From assembly GCA_902465265.1 (NCBI GenBank), contig CABQMF010000001.1:5652-69651 (forward strand): 64,000 bases of DNA, given 5' to 3'. The notes below the pieces were generated by a model, which was given only the letters and a program-made list of their open reading frames with translations, was not told where the DNA came from and did not search any database. Position numbers and translations under genes: made by a program. Below, one piece after another: positions 53,357 through 63,386 of the stretch (within the stretch, counting starts at the first letter, position 1; each line of letters begins with the position of its first letter). This DNA comes from an uncultured Collinsella sp. Lineage in GTDB: Bacteria; Actinomycetota; Coriobacteriia; Coriobacteriales; Coriobacteriaceae.

Positions 53357-54502
53357 TCACTTCACGTCAAACTCCACGCGATCGAGTTCAGGCACGTTGA
53401 GGTCGATGAGCTTGCGGGCGAGGTGACGGTCGTGTGCCCCAAGCGCCTCGCTTGTCGTCACATGGGCGACAACCTCGCGCTCGACGAGGCCCTCTTCCTC
53501 GCCTTCGGTAGCCGAGGTCTCGACGGCGACGGTGTAGCCCTTAAAGCCCGGCAGCACCGCGGCGAGCTCACGCGTAGTTTCGGTGACGCCATAGCCGTCC
53601 TGCACGCCGGCCTGCGCTGAGCCAATAGACCCCGCGGTCATAACGATGCAGGGGATGGCAAAGATCACCGTACCCACAATGATGCGGCGGCGCACCTTGC
53701 GCGACAGCTCGTCAATCTCGGCGTCTTCCTCGGCCGTTACGACGCCGTCTCCGTTCAGGTCACGCTTGAGCGGCACGCGCAAGATAAGCAGCACGGCTTC
53801 GGCCGCCAGCGCGATAAAGACGACGTTGATGCCAAACTCGTAGAGGGCCGAGAAGAACAGCGATCCGCTCGCGATGGCAATACCATAGCCCGCCGCGCAC
53901 AGGGGCGGCATGAGCGCGGTCGCCACGGCCACGCCGGCGATGAGCGTGGCGGGTTCCTGATCGCGTGAGTTGCCCAGGCCACCCGCAAAGCCGCCCGCGA
54001 GCGCGACGGCAAGGTCCCAGACGGTGGGCGTCGAGTTGTCGATAATGGCGGCCGTGGTGGTGCCAAGGGGCGAGAGCTTAAAGTACAGCGTGGACGTGAC
54101 CAGGCAAAAGACCATCTGCAGCGCGAGGCCGGCGACGGCCTCGACGGTAATCTCACGGTCGAGCGTGGCGATGCCATATGCCATGGCAAGGACCGAGCCC
54201 ATGAGCGGGCAGATGAGCATGGCGCCCACGATGGCAATGTCCGAGTCGATATCGAGGCCGATGCTCGCGATGAGCATGGCGATGATGAGGATACACAGGT
54301 GAGAGCCGGTCAGGCGCGCCCCGTTTACAAAACGCTTGCGAATCACGTGATAGGGCGCGCGGCCCTCGCGAATGTTGAATGCCTGCTTAAGGAAACGGCC
54401 GGCGTTCTCCAGGGCCTCGCTATGGGCAGGACGGATGCCGTGGCGCCGATGATGGCGCTCGCGCAATCGCTTGAGCTGTTGTTTATCGAGTTCCATGTCC
54501 AC
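53357..54502 (-). CDS. DUF389 / TIGR00341-like membrane protein
   Basis: Hydrophobic core with the ICPLMGSVLAMAYG block typical of DUF389, plus a C-terminal soluble domain. Confidence 0.65.
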   Translation of the reverse strand: MDMELDKQQLKRLRERHHRRHGIRPAHSEALENAGRFLKQAFNIREGRAPYHVIRKRFVNGARLTGSHLCILIIAMLIASIGLDIDSDIAIVGAMLICPLMGSVLAMAYGIATLDREITVEAVAGLALQMVFCLVTSTLYFKLSPLGTTTAAIIDNSTPTVWDLAVALAGGFAGGLGNSRDQEPATLIAGVAVATALMPPLCAAGYGIAIASGSLFFSALYEFGINVVFIALAAEAVLLILRVPLKRDLNGDGVVTAEEDAEIDELSRKVRRRIIVGTVIFAIPCIVMTAGSIGSAQAGVQDGYGVTETTRELAAVLPGFKGYTVAVETSATEGEEEGLVEREVVAHVTTSEALGAHDRHLARKLIDLNVPELDRVEFDVK

Positions 54503-54784
54503 CTCGTTCTAGCACGGGCCGCGTTGCGCTTGCTGCTATTACTCTACACCGTGGCAAGTGGAACGGATTCCGGGGCGCGGGATGGGGCGTCCAAACGGCT
54601 TTGCCTGCATTTAGCAACGCCTCGAAAAATGAATCAATCTCAACTGCATATGTGACGGAACTGTGACGAAAGCTGTTGAACAACCGACTTGCCCGCTTTG
54701 CCGCATTGTTGCGCAACAAAGACCTGGAAATGCGGCCCTAGACTCGCGGTAACGCAGATAGCGTTGCGTCGAAGGGAGTACAAC

Positions 54785-57700
54785 ATGGCAAAGTACAGTC
54801 CAAAGCATCTTTCGTCTCCAGCCAAGACGGTCAACGTGAGGGGTGTCGCCAACCGCGCCGTCGCAACTGTTTTGACGGCAGGCCTCATCGCCCAGCCGCT
54901 CATGTCGCCGCTGGCGGCAATTGCCGCGCCGGCCGGTGACAGCACCGATGCCGTGAAGGGCGAAAGCCCCATCGAGAGCACCGTCGTTGCCGGCAACCAG
55001 GCGGTCGCGAAGACGGCGGCGCAGCTGGCCGAGGAGTCGGCAAAGCAGTTTGAGGCTGCCAAGGCGGCCTATGATGCGGCTCAGAAGAAAGCCGACGCCG
55101 CGGGCCAGGCGCAGAAGCAGGCTCAGCAGCAAAAAGACCAGGCTTCGCAGGCCGTGACCGAGAACGCGGCCGAGCAGAACGCGACGGAAGTCGCCGCGCT
55201 GCGGGAGAAGATCGACGAGCTTAAGGCCGCCGTCGACAAGGCCGAGCAGCAGCAGAAGAAGCTGGGCGACCTGAACGGCCAGCTCGACCAGGCCAAGAAG
55301 AGCGTTGAGGACAAGACCCAGGCGCTCAAGGAAGCCGAGGCAAAGCGCGACGAAGCCAAGAAAGCCCTCGATGACGCCCGGGCCAAGCTCAAGGCTATGG
55401 GTATGGACAAGTACGAGGCCGCCAAGAAGGACGTCGAGGACGCGCAGGCAAAGCTTGATGCGGCGAATGCCGATGTGAAGACGGCCAAGGGTGAGCTCGA
55501 TGCCGCTAAGACGGCTGTCTCCAATGCCGAGCAGGCAAAGAGCGATGCCGAGTCTGCTCTGACGTCCGCCCAGGCCAAGAAGCAGGAGACTGCCAAGGCC
55601 CTTGCCGCTGCGACCACCGCGCGCGACAACGCCCAGGATAAGCTGAACGACGCCCAGAAAGCGCTCGATGCCGCCATCTCGGGCACGGGCATCGATCTAA
55701 AAGCGCTTGAGGCCGCCAAGAACGCTGCTGCCGGTGAGCTCAAGACCGCGCAGGCAGAGCTTAATGCCGCGACGGCTGCCGACGCCACCGCACAGGCGAA
55801 TCTGCAGACCGCCCAGGCTGCTGCCAGCGCCGCGCAGGAGAAGGTCAACGCCGCCAACGCTGCCGTTTCGTCCGCGCAGACCGCATACGACGAAGCCAGC
55901 GGCAAACTCGGCGACCTGACGAACAAGTACAACACCGCTAAGGCCGCGTACAATCAAGCCCAGCAGACCGAGGCAGACAAGAAGGCTGTCTACGATCAGG
56001 CCGTAAAGGATAGGGACGACAAACGAGCCGAGTACAAGGCGGCATGCGATGCCGCAGACGCTGCGGAGGCTGCCAGCGATGCCGCTAGCGCAGAGGTGGA
56101 CAAGCTTGAGCAGCAGATTGCCGAGCTCAAGTCCAACATGACTGTCGATCAAGACATCATCAATAATGGCATGCTCGGTTTTATGGCCTACATTAGCAAC
56201 AGCAGCGATTTTACTGCCCAGCAGAAGGCCAATGCCAGCGCTGCATCGTCTATGCTCACCGGCGCGCCCAACACGAACCAGCGATATGACAAGGCTAGCT
56301 GGTATGACAGCTATGTTGACCAGGATATGTCTCGCGATACCAATCCGCTCTCCCTCGAGCAGCTGCGCAATGCGCTGACGTATCTCGATACTCAGAACAA
56401 CATCCGCAAGGCAAACGGTCAGTCCGAGCTCAGCGTCAGCCTCCGTATGACGGCTGCAGCAGCGCTCAACGCATCCTATTCATCGAATATTTGGGGACAC
56501 TCGGATCACTATTTCGATAATGCTGAGAATCTCGCAGGTGGCGGCGGCGTCTACATGGGAGGCGAGACTGTCGACACGCTCGGCTGGCCCTATACCGGGC
56601 TCTATACTCAGGAGAAGGAGATCTTCGACAAGTATGTAGAGCAGTATGGCGACGAATTCGGTAGCCACCGATATGATTCCTATTACTTCTACCAGAACTA
56701 CAACAGCATCTACCATGAGTGTGGGCACTATCTCAATATCATCGATTCCGATATGACGGCAATCGGCATCGCGACCGGTAGCGGTAAGAACACCGATTCC
56801 GAGGTAACCATATTCGATTACAGCGCTGATGACACTCAGGCTGATTTCACTGTCTCCAAGTTCAAGAAGCTCGTGAACGACTACATTGACTCCGCTTACA
56901 GCGCCGGTGGTACGCAGACACAAAAGCAGCAGCTCAAGGAGCTTCAGGGCAAGCTCGCCGATGCGCAGAAGAAGTTTGGAACTGCTAGCGGCGCCTATAA
57001 CGATGCGCTCAACAAGCAGTTTGACGCTCAAGAGGCCTTTAAGGCTGCCGGTACGAACGTGAACACCGCCAAGGGCGAGTATGAGAGCGCTCAGGCTGCC
57101 ACTGCAACCGCCAAGGGTGCCTATGACGCCGCCAAGAGCGAGTTTGATGGCTCTGGCATTGACATTGACGCGCTTAATCAGAAGCTCGAAGCCGCCAAGA
57201 GCGAAGCCACCGCTGCTCAGACTGCTCTCGACAAGGCCAACGCGACGGTCACCGATTGCCAGACGAACGCATCTAAGGCTTCGACTCGTAAACTGAATGC
57301 TCAGAGCGGCTACGACGCCGCCAAGGCAAAGTCCGATAAGGCCAAAAAGGCGTATGGCGACGCTACCGCTTCGGTCAAGGACCTTACCGCCAAGCTCGAT
57401 GCCGCTAGGACAGAGTCCAATCAGGCTAACGAGGCGTATGGCAAGGCAAAGGTGGCCGACGTCACTGCCCAGGCTGGCGTTAACGATGCCGAGGCCGTAG
57501 CGACAGCCGCGGCAACGGCCTTCTCGAACGCGCAACAAGCTGTCACCAACAAGGAGCAGGCGCTTGCCGCCGCACAGCAGGGGGTCACGTCTGCCCAGAC
57601 GGCCCTCAATGCCGCGAATGCCTCATTCAAGCGCTATGCCGCCGCTCAAAAGGCTCTCGATGATGCCAAGGCAGCCCTTGCCGACGCCGGCGCCGGCGTG

Positions 57701-58282
57701 AACACTGCTCAGGAGCAGCTCGCTGCCGCCAACCAGGCAGTCGAGGACGCAAAAAAGGACATCGACGATGCCAAGACCGAGCTTGAACGTGACAAGGCCC
57801 TTCAGGCCGATCTTGATCATGTCAATCCTGAGGCTTCCCTTGCCGCCGGCGTAACGGTATTCAACGCGGGCTGGACGGCACAAAATCAGCTGCCCAAGCT
57901 CGATGCTGCCTATGCTCGCTACAAGGCTGCCGTCGACGCCGCCGCTGGTCTCAAGGCTGCCTTGGGCGACGCTGATGCCAAGCTGTCCGATGCCAACGAC
58001 GTCTATGCCGCCGCGTTGGCAGAGCTTAACGATGCCAAGGAAGCCCTGGCAGCCGCACAGGCCGAGTACGACAAATATCATCCCAAGGCCGAGCCGCAGG
58101 CTAAGCCCCAGGTTGCGCAGGCCGCCGCAAAGGCCCCCGCTGCCAAGAAGCAGGCCGCGGATGGTGCGCTCGCCCAGACGGGCGACAACTCCGCGCTTGC
58201 GGGCGAGGTCTTCGTCATCGGCGGCATTACGCTCGTAGCTGCGGGCGTAATGCTGGGCGATCGTCGCCGCAAGCAGATGTAG
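54785..58282 (+). CDS. LAxTG-anchored coiled-coil surface protein with a central globular (CAP/SCP-like) insert
   Basis: N-terminal signal peptide. Two Ala/Lys/Gln/Asp-rich heptad regions of about 380 aa each flank a globular insert (nt 56140-56930). C-terminal LAQTG motif, TM helix and an RRRK tail. Start at ATG 54785 after GAAGGGAG. Confidence 0.85.
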   Translation: MAKYSPKHLSSPAKTVNVRGVANRAVATVLTAGLIAQPLMSPLAAIAAPAGDSTDAVKGESPIESTVVAGNQAVAKTAAQLAEESAKQFEAAKAAYDAAQKKADAAGQAQKQAQQQKDQASQAVTENAAEQNATEVAALREKIDELKAAVDKAEQQQKKLGDLNGQLDQAKKSVEDKTQALKEAEAKRDEAKKALDDARAKLKAMGMDKYEAAKKDVEDAQAKLDAANADVKTAKGELDAAKTAVSNAEQAKSDAESALTSAQAKKQETAKALAAATTARDNAQDKLNDAQKALDAAISGTGIDLKALEAAKNAAAGELKTAQAELNAATAADATAQANLQTAQAAASAAQEKVNAANAAVSSAQTAYDEASGKLGDLTNKYNTAKAAYNQAQQTEADKKAVYDQAVKDRDDKRAEYKAACDAADAAEAASDAASAEVDKLEQQIAELKSNMTVDQDIINNGMLGFMAYISNSSDFTAQQKANASAASSMLTGAPNTNQRYDKASWYDSYVDQDMSRDTNPLSLEQLRNALTYLDTQNNIRKANGQSELSVSLRMTAAAALNASYSSNIWGHSDHYFDNAENLAGGGGVYMGGETVDTLGWPYTGLYTQEKEIFDKYVEQYGDEFGSHRYDSYYFYQNYNSIYHECGHYLNIIDSDMTAIGIATGSGKNTDSEVTIFDYSADDTQADFTVSKFKKLVNDYIDSAYSAGGTQTQKQQLKELQGKLADAQKKFGTASGAYNDALNKQFDAQEAFKAAGTNVNTAKGEYESAQAATATAKGAYDAAKSEFDGSGIDIDALNQKLEAAKSEATAAQTALDKANATVTDCQTNASKASTRKLNAQSGYDAAKAKSDKAKKAYGDATASVKDLTAKLDAARTESNQANEAYGKAKVADVTAQAGVNDAEAVATAAATAFSNAQQAVTNKEQALAAAQQGVTSAQTALNAANASFKRYAAAQKALDDAKAALADAGAGVNTAQEQLAAANQAVEDAKKDIDDAKTELERDKALQADLDHVNPEASLAAGVTVFNAGWTAQNQLPKLDAAYARYKAAVDAAAGLKAALGDADAKLSDANDVYAAALAELNDAKEALAAAQAEYDKYHPKAEPQAKPQVAQAAAKAPAAKKQAADGALAQTGDNSALAGEVFVIGGITLVAAGVMLGDRRRKQM

Positions 58283-58349
58283 TATTTTGAGTACTGGTTT
58301 CGCAATGAGCTGCGGTTAATTGCGAGACTGACTCGATGACTCAACCGAT

Positions 58350-58392
58350 AAGGCCGGCGTGCTGTGATACGCAGCGCGTCGGCCTTTCTCTG
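58350..58392 (+). terminator. Terminator after the surface-protein gene
   Basis: AAGGCCGGCGTGCTG..CAGCGCGTCGGCCTT followed by TCTCTGT; the stem is imperfect. Confidence 0.5.
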
Positions 58393-58402
58393 TATCGATA
58401 TC

Positions 58403-58442
58403 AAAAAGCCCGGTCGGTAGCCATAAAAGCTGCCAACCGGGC
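58403..58442 (-). terminator. Intrinsic terminator after the OPT transporter gene
   Basis: On the minus strand, GCCCGGTTGG..CCGACCGGGC is followed by TTTTT. Confidence 0.65.
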
Positions 58443-58505
58443 AAGCCGTAGGCAATATGATTGCGACCGGGCTGTCGCTAAAGTACGAGCGAACAGCTGC
58501 TCAGC

Positions 58506-60209
58506 TTATCCCAGCAGGCTCAGACCGACGGAGACAAACGCCAGGATAACGCCGACGATAGACTCGCCACCGAGCAGGCCGCTGGCGACAACCAGACCCT
58601 GCTCCTGGAAGGCGGCGTCCTTGGTGGCCTTCTCCTCGTCCGAAAGGCCGGCGGCGGCGTCACGGTGTGCGGCCCACTTGTCGTAGGCGAGCTTGACGCA
58701 GGAGCCCAAGAAGGCCGTGAGCGACATGTAGAACGGCAGGTACACGCCCAGGCCGATCATCATGGCCGGAATGCCGAGCCAGTACATGACGATGCCGGCG
58801 ATAAAGCCGCCTGCGAACCACGGCACGCTCGGGATGCCCGAGACCATGGTGGCGACCACGCTTGCCTGTGCGGCAACGAAGCTCTTGTCGGGACCAAAGG
58901 CGTCCGGACCATAGGCGGTGACGAGTGCGACCATGACGGCGGCGGCGACCAGGGCGCCCACGATGCCGCCGATGGCCTGGCCAACCCACTGCGCGCGCGG
59001 GTTGGTGCCCAGCACGGCGCCGGCCTTAAAGTCGTTCATGACGTCGCCCGCAAGGCCGCACGCTACGGCCACGATGCCGGCGATAAAGAACAGCTTGACC
59101 TGAGCGAGCTGCGCGAAGGCTGCCACGATGAGCATGACGATGAGGCCGAAGATCTCCATGGGGTCGATACCCGTCTGACCGCAGCTCTGCGCGCTCATGA
59201 TGGTGGTGACAAAGGTGAACAGCGTGACGATGACGGCCGGAACGGGGCCAAGGTCGAGCACGATGGCGATGATCACGGCGATGGCGGCAGCGCCCAGGCC
59301 GATGATACCGGCGTCGAGCTTAAGGGAGCCCGAGATGAGCGACTGCTCGTCGGTGTCGGTGGAGCTGTCGGCAGCGAGGCCGCGGACGATACCGGCGACC
59401 TGCGGCAGGATGTCCTTGAGGACGACGGCGACGCCAAAGCCCATCATAAGGCCCATACCCAGGGATTTAACAATGCCCTGTGCGGTCATAACGTCGAACA
59501 GGCCGGCAGCGGTGCCGCCGACGATGATGCCAAAGTTGCCCAGCAGCGCGCCGGCAAACCAGAACGCGACGGGGGCGAAGCCCACCAAAAAGCCGATGGA
59601 CAGCAACATGGGCGAGTTGTAGATGGCAAAGGTCACGCCGGGGATGTTGAGCGTGCACAACATGCTGGGCACAATGCCCAGAGCGTCGCGCAGCACGCTG
59701 TAGATGCCGGCGATGGCCATGGAGCCAAAGAGCTGCTTGCCGGTCTTGCCGCCGGCCTCGGTCGCGCGCAGGGTCTGAGCTGCGGCGTTGCCGGTGGGGA
59801 ACTCAAGCGCGGCGTCCACGATAAAGTGACGGTGGATGAGCGCCGTGGCCAGCAGGCCCAGGATAGTGCCGGCGAGCGCCACGATAAACATGTCGAGCCA
59901 ACTGATCTGGTCGGCATAGCCCAGCATCCAGGCGCCCGGGATGGTAAACGCCAGACCGCCAGCGACCATGGCGCCTGCGGACATGATGGTGTGGGTGACG
60001 TTGGCCTCGTTGAGGCTGGCGTTGCCCATGAGCTTCAGGAAGAACAGCGAAATGACGGCAGCGAAAATGATCGGCCAGGGGAGGGCGCCCATCTTGAGGG
60101 CGGTGTAGGCCGAGCTTGCCGTGATGATCACGCAGCCAAGGACGCCGATGACGACGCCGCGCAGCGTAAGTTGCCCGCGCATCGAAGCGCGGTTCGAGGG
60201 ATTGCTCAT
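58506..60209 (-). CDS. OPT-family oligopeptide transporter
   Basis: 567-aa polytopic protein with Gly/Ala-rich TM helices and an OPT-like N-terminus (LTLRGVVIGVLGCVIITASSAY). Confidence 0.75.
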   Translation of the reverse strand: MSNPSNRASMRGQLTLRGVVIGVLGCVIITASSAYTALKMGALPWPIIFAAVISLFFLKLMGNASLNEANVTHTIMSAGAMVAGGLAFTIPGAWMLGYADQISWLDMFIVALAGTILGLLATALIHRHFIVDAALEFPTGNAAAQTLRATEAGGKTGKQLFGSMAIAGIYSVLRDALGIVPSMLCTLNIPGVTFAIYNSPMLLSIGFLVGFAPVAFWFAGALLGNFGIIVGGTAAGLFDVMTAQGIVKSLGMGLMMGFGVAVVLKDILPQVAGIVRGLAADSSTDTDEQSLISGSLKLDAGIIGLGAAAIAVIIAIVLDLGPVPAVIVTLFTFVTTIMSAQSCGQTGIDPMEIFGLIVMLIVAAFAQLAQVKLFFIAGIVAVACGLAGDVMNDFKAGAVLGTNPRAQWVGQAIGGIVGALVAAAVMVALVTAYGPDAFGPDKSFVAAQASVVATMVSGIPSVPWFAGGFIAGIVMYWLGIPAMMIGLGVYLPFYMSLTAFLGSCVKLAYDKWAAHRDAAAGLSDEEKATKDAAFQEQGLVVASGLLGGESIVGVILAFVSVGLSLLG

Positions 60210-60401
60210 ATAAAACTCCTTTGCGTATATCCGCTTCCCCCGGGAGCGCCGTTACGGATACGGCGCGGGAAGTCGGGTTACCAAGGGCCGCCGCGTGAGC
60301 TCGCAAACGACCGCGCACCAGTATAGCGGCAAGGTAGTCATTTTGGGATGACTGGTTTAGGTAGGCGATATACTGCTGGGCAGACGAAAGGAGCGCCGAC
60401 G

Positions 60402-61253
60402 ATGCTTAATGGGTGCGCATATATATTGACGGTCGACGTGGGCAACACGTTCATTCGCTTTGGCCTGTTTGCAGAGGATTCGGCCGCGGCGCAGGAATGT
60501 CCGCTTGCGACGTGCGAGATCACCACGCCGTCGAGCATCACGGCAGACGAGGCGCGCATGCGTCTCGTGCAGGTCATGGCCGCACTGGCGGCCGATGCGG
60601 GCATGCCGGGCGCGCTTGTGCCCACGGCTGCTGTGCTGAGCTGCGTGGTCCCGGCGCTCGAGCGCCCGTGGAAGGCGGCACTTTCCCGTACCTGCACGGG
60701 GCGCGTGCTCACGGTGGGGCCGGGACTTAAGACCGGCATGCCCGTGTACTACGATGACCCGGCCGAGATCGGTCCCGACCGCATCGCCGACGCCGTGGCT
60801 GCCCGCGCCGTCTACGGCTCGCCGTGCATTGTGATCGACCTGGGCACGACGACCAATATCGAGGTCATCGACGCACACGGCACCTTTGTCGGCGGCGTTA
60901 TCGCGCCGGGGCTGGCGCTCGGCGCCCGTTCGCTCTCGGCCGCTGCGGCGCGCCTGCCTCAAGTTGAGCCCTCGGCGCCGACACACGTCATCGGCCGTAA
61001 CACGCGTGAGGCCATGCGCTCGGGCGTGGTTCTGGGCGAGGTGGCACGCATCGACGGCATGCTCGACATGGTGCTAGCCGAGATGCGCGCGACCAAGGCC
61101 GCGGGGGAGGGCGATGTGCCCATCGTCATTACCGGCGACGATGCCGAGGCGCTTGCGGCGCTGGTCGGCCATAGCCTGACGGTCGACGATGCACTGACGC
61201 TGCGGGGTCTCGCCGAGCTCTACCACATCAATCAAAAGCCCCGTCGCGCGTAG
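60402..61253 (+). CDS. coaX: Type III pantothenate kinase
   Basis: LTVDVGNTFIRFG, IVIDLGTTTN and IGRNTREAM motifs. SD GAAAGGAG lies before ATG 60402. Confidence 0.9.
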   Translation: MLNGCAYILTVDVGNTFIRFGLFAEDSAAAQECPLATCEITTPSSITADEARMRLVQVMAALAADAGMPGALVPTAAVLSCVVPALERPWKAALSRTCTGRVLTVGPGLKTGMPVYYDDPAEIGPDRIADAVAARAVYGSPCIVIDLGTTTNIEVIDAHGTFVGGVIAPGLALGARSLSAAAARLPQVEPSAPTHVIGRNTREAMRSGVVLGEVARIDGMLDMVLAEMRATKAAGEGDVPIVITGDDAEALAALVGHSLTVDDALTLRGLAELYHINQKPRRA

Positions 61254-61336
61254 CGATGGAGACGGTGGGACAAAAACGTCTTCACTTTCCACCTGCTACA
61301 ATGGGTCAAACTATTGCGATTTCGGAGGTGTCTGCC

Positions 61337-61861
61337 ATGTCGGACGATCTTCATCAAACCGCGTCGGGCAAGCGCCGCGACGTCATTAGCTGGGACGAGT
61401 TCTTTATGAGCGTGGCCATTGCCGCGCAGCGCCGCAGCAAGGACCCCAACACGCAGGTAGGCGCGTGCATCGCCAGCACCAACCACCGCATCCTTTCGGT
61501 GGGCTACAACGGTACGCCCTCGGCGCTCAACGATGACTTTTTCCCGTGGGGCACGAGTGATGATCCGTTGCAGGACAAGCACAACTACGTGGTGCATGCC
61601 GAGGCAAACGCCGTGCTCAACTACCGCGGCTCGCTCAAAGACCTCGAGGGTTCCACGGTCTACGTCACGCTGTTTCCGTGCCACGACTGCGCCAAGATCC
61701 TGGCGCAGGTGGGTGTGGGCGAGGTCGTCTACCTGGACAATAAGTATGCCGACACCGATGACGGCCGTATCAGCCGCCGCATTCTCGACTCCTGCGGCAT
61801 CAGCTACCGCCAGGTCATCGTCGATGTCCAGATTGGTACCGGGGGACAGGCTCAGCAGTAG
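61337..61861 (+). CDS. dCMP deaminase (ComEB-type cytidine/deoxycytidylate deaminase)
   Basis: Zinc motifs HAEANA and PCHDCAK. SD GGAGGTG lies before ATG 61337. Confidence 0.85.
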   Translation: MSDDLHQTASGKRRDVISWDEFFMSVAIAAQRRSKDPNTQVGACIASTNHRILSVGYNGTPSALNDDFFPWGTSDDPLQDKHNYVVHAEANAVLNYRGSLKDLEGSTVYVTLFPCHDCAKILAQVGVGEVVYLDNKYADTDDGRISRRILDSCGISYRQVIVDVQIGTGGQAQQ

Positions 61862-62032
61862 TATGCGTTGTCGCCATCTGACGACGAACGCAGCTCAAAG
61901 AGCCCCGTCCCAAATTGACTACTCGTGAAAGTCGCGTCTGCGCGCATGGACGGCTCGTGAGCGGGTACATGGCTGTAGTAACATAGCTTCTGTCCGCGGG
62001 CGTGCCCGCGTTATTGTGAGAAAGGAGCCCCT

Positions 62033-62311
62033 GTGGCTGTTAACGAAGAGCTGCTTAAGAAGGTTCTTGAAGAGATCCGCCCCAACCTGCAGGCCGACGG
62101 CGGCGATATGGAGTATGTGGGCGTCGACGACGAGGGTGTCGTCAAGCTGGAACTGCAGGGCGCCTGCGCCGGCTGCCCTATGAGTGCACTGACTCTGTCC
62201 ATGGGTATCGAGCGCATCCTGAAGGAGCACGTGCCCGGCGTTACCCGCGTCGAGCAGGTCAATGCTTCCGGCGAGACCGACGATCTGTACGACGAGTATG
62301 CGCCGTTCTAA
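62033..62311 (+). CDS. NifU-like Fe-S cluster assembly domain protein
   Basis: 92 aa with a GACAGCPMS motif. GTG start after the SD AAAGGAG. Confidence 0.8.
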   Translation: MAVNEELLKKVLEEIRPNLQADGGDMEYVGVDDEGVVKLELQGACAGCPMSALTLSMGIERILKEHVPGVTRVEQVNASGETDDLYDEYAPF

Positions 62312-62420
62312 GCTGCGAAAGCTGCGGACGCCATGCTCCGCATAGACGTTACGCCCAGATATGCGGCTGCGAGCGCAAGGCCCGCGGCCGCATTTGTATG
62401 TAGGGAGCAGGGGGATCGAT

Positions 62421-63242
62421 ATGCTCAACGACCTCTACCATATGCTTGACCCCGTCGCAATCTCGGCGGGTCCCATCACGATCTACTGGTACGGTCTGGC
62501 CTATGTGGTCGGCGCCCTGCTTACGGCAGTCGTCATGTATCGCACGCAGCGCCGCTGGGGTTTCAACATCACGATCGATGACCTGACGAGCGTCGTGGTC
62601 GGCGCGGTCTTTGGCCTTATTATCGGCGCGCGCCTGTTCTACGTCGTCTTTTACGGTGATGGCTACTATTGGGCCCACCCGCTCGAGATCTTTGCCACCA
62701 ACGAGGGCGGCATGAGCTTCCACGGTGGCCTGGTCGGCGGCATCTTGGGCGGCATCATCGTGTGCCGCATGTATAAGCTCGACGCCTGGACCATCGCCGA
62801 CCTTGCCGTTATCGGTGCTCCGCTGGCACTGTGCCTGGGACGTTGCGCCAACTTCGTGAACGGTGAGCTGTGGGGTAAGCCGACCGATCTGCCCTGGGGT
62901 GTGGTCTTTGGCGGCACCGCGGGCGATATGCCGCGCCATCCCTCCCAGCTCTACGAGGCGTTTCTTGAGGGCATCGTGCTCTTTTGCATCCTGCAGGCGT
63001 TCAGTCGCAAAAAACCGCTGCTGCCCCAGGGTACGTTTATGGGCGTCTTTGTGATGGGCTACGGCATCGTTCGCTTTTTGATTGAGTTTGTGCGCGTGCC
63101 CGATGCGCAGCTGGGCTATCTGCTGGGTGGCGTCATCACCATGGGTCAGCTGCTGAGCCTGCCGCTCGTAATCGCGGGCCTGGCGCTCATCATCTTCGCC
63201 CGCCACCGCAACCAGCCCCAGCGCGTCTACCTGGACGCCTAA
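62421..63242 (+). CDS. lgt: Prolipoprotein diacylglyceryl transferase
   Basis: Contains YWYGLAYVVG, SFHGGLVGG, GRCANFVNGELWGKPT and RHPSQLYE blocks. Start at ATG 62421. Confidence 0.9.
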   Translation: MLNDLYHMLDPVAISAGPITIYWYGLAYVVGALLTAVVMYRTQRRWGFNITIDDLTSVVVGAVFGLIIGARLFYVVFYGDGYYWAHPLEIFATNEGGMSFHGGLVGGILGGIIVCRMYKLDAWTIADLAVIGAPLALCLGRCANFVNGELWGKPTDLPWGVVFGGTAGDMPRHPSQLYEAFLEGIVLFCILQAFSRKKPLLPQGTFMGVFVMGYGIVRFLIEFVRVPDAQLGYLLGGVITMGQLLSLPLVIAGLALIIFARHRNQPQRVYLDA

Positions 63243-63250
63243 CCACCAAA

Positions 63251-63298
63251 ACCACCACAAGGGGGACAGGCACCTTTGTGGTGGTTCGCTGGGCAACG
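63251..63298 (+). repeat. R-family variant R7 (different stem, same loop core)
   Basis: ACCACCACAA-GGGGGACAGGCACC-TTTGTGGTGGT followed by TCGCTGGGCAACG. Confidence 0.75.
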
Positions 63299-63313
63299 AT
63301 GACAGAACCGTAA

Positions 63314-63365
63314 CGTTTTCCCAGATAAAACCTGCCAAAATAAACCTGTCCCTTTTTGGCAGGTT
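63314..63365 (-). repeat. R-family hairpin repeat, copy R5 (reverse orientation)
   Basis: The reverse complement reads AACCTGCCAAAAAGGGACAGGTTTATTTTGGCAGGTTTTATCTGGGAAAACG. Confidence 0.85.
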
Positions 63366-63386
63366 TCTAGAAAGGCTTTTTGGACT

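Noticed and set aside
58665-60326. 553-aa + strand ORF opposite the OPT transporter, and 62349-63620 opposite lgt
   Set aside because: The products are highly charged and Asp/Gly/His/Arg-rich. They are antisense to convincing membrane-protein genes.
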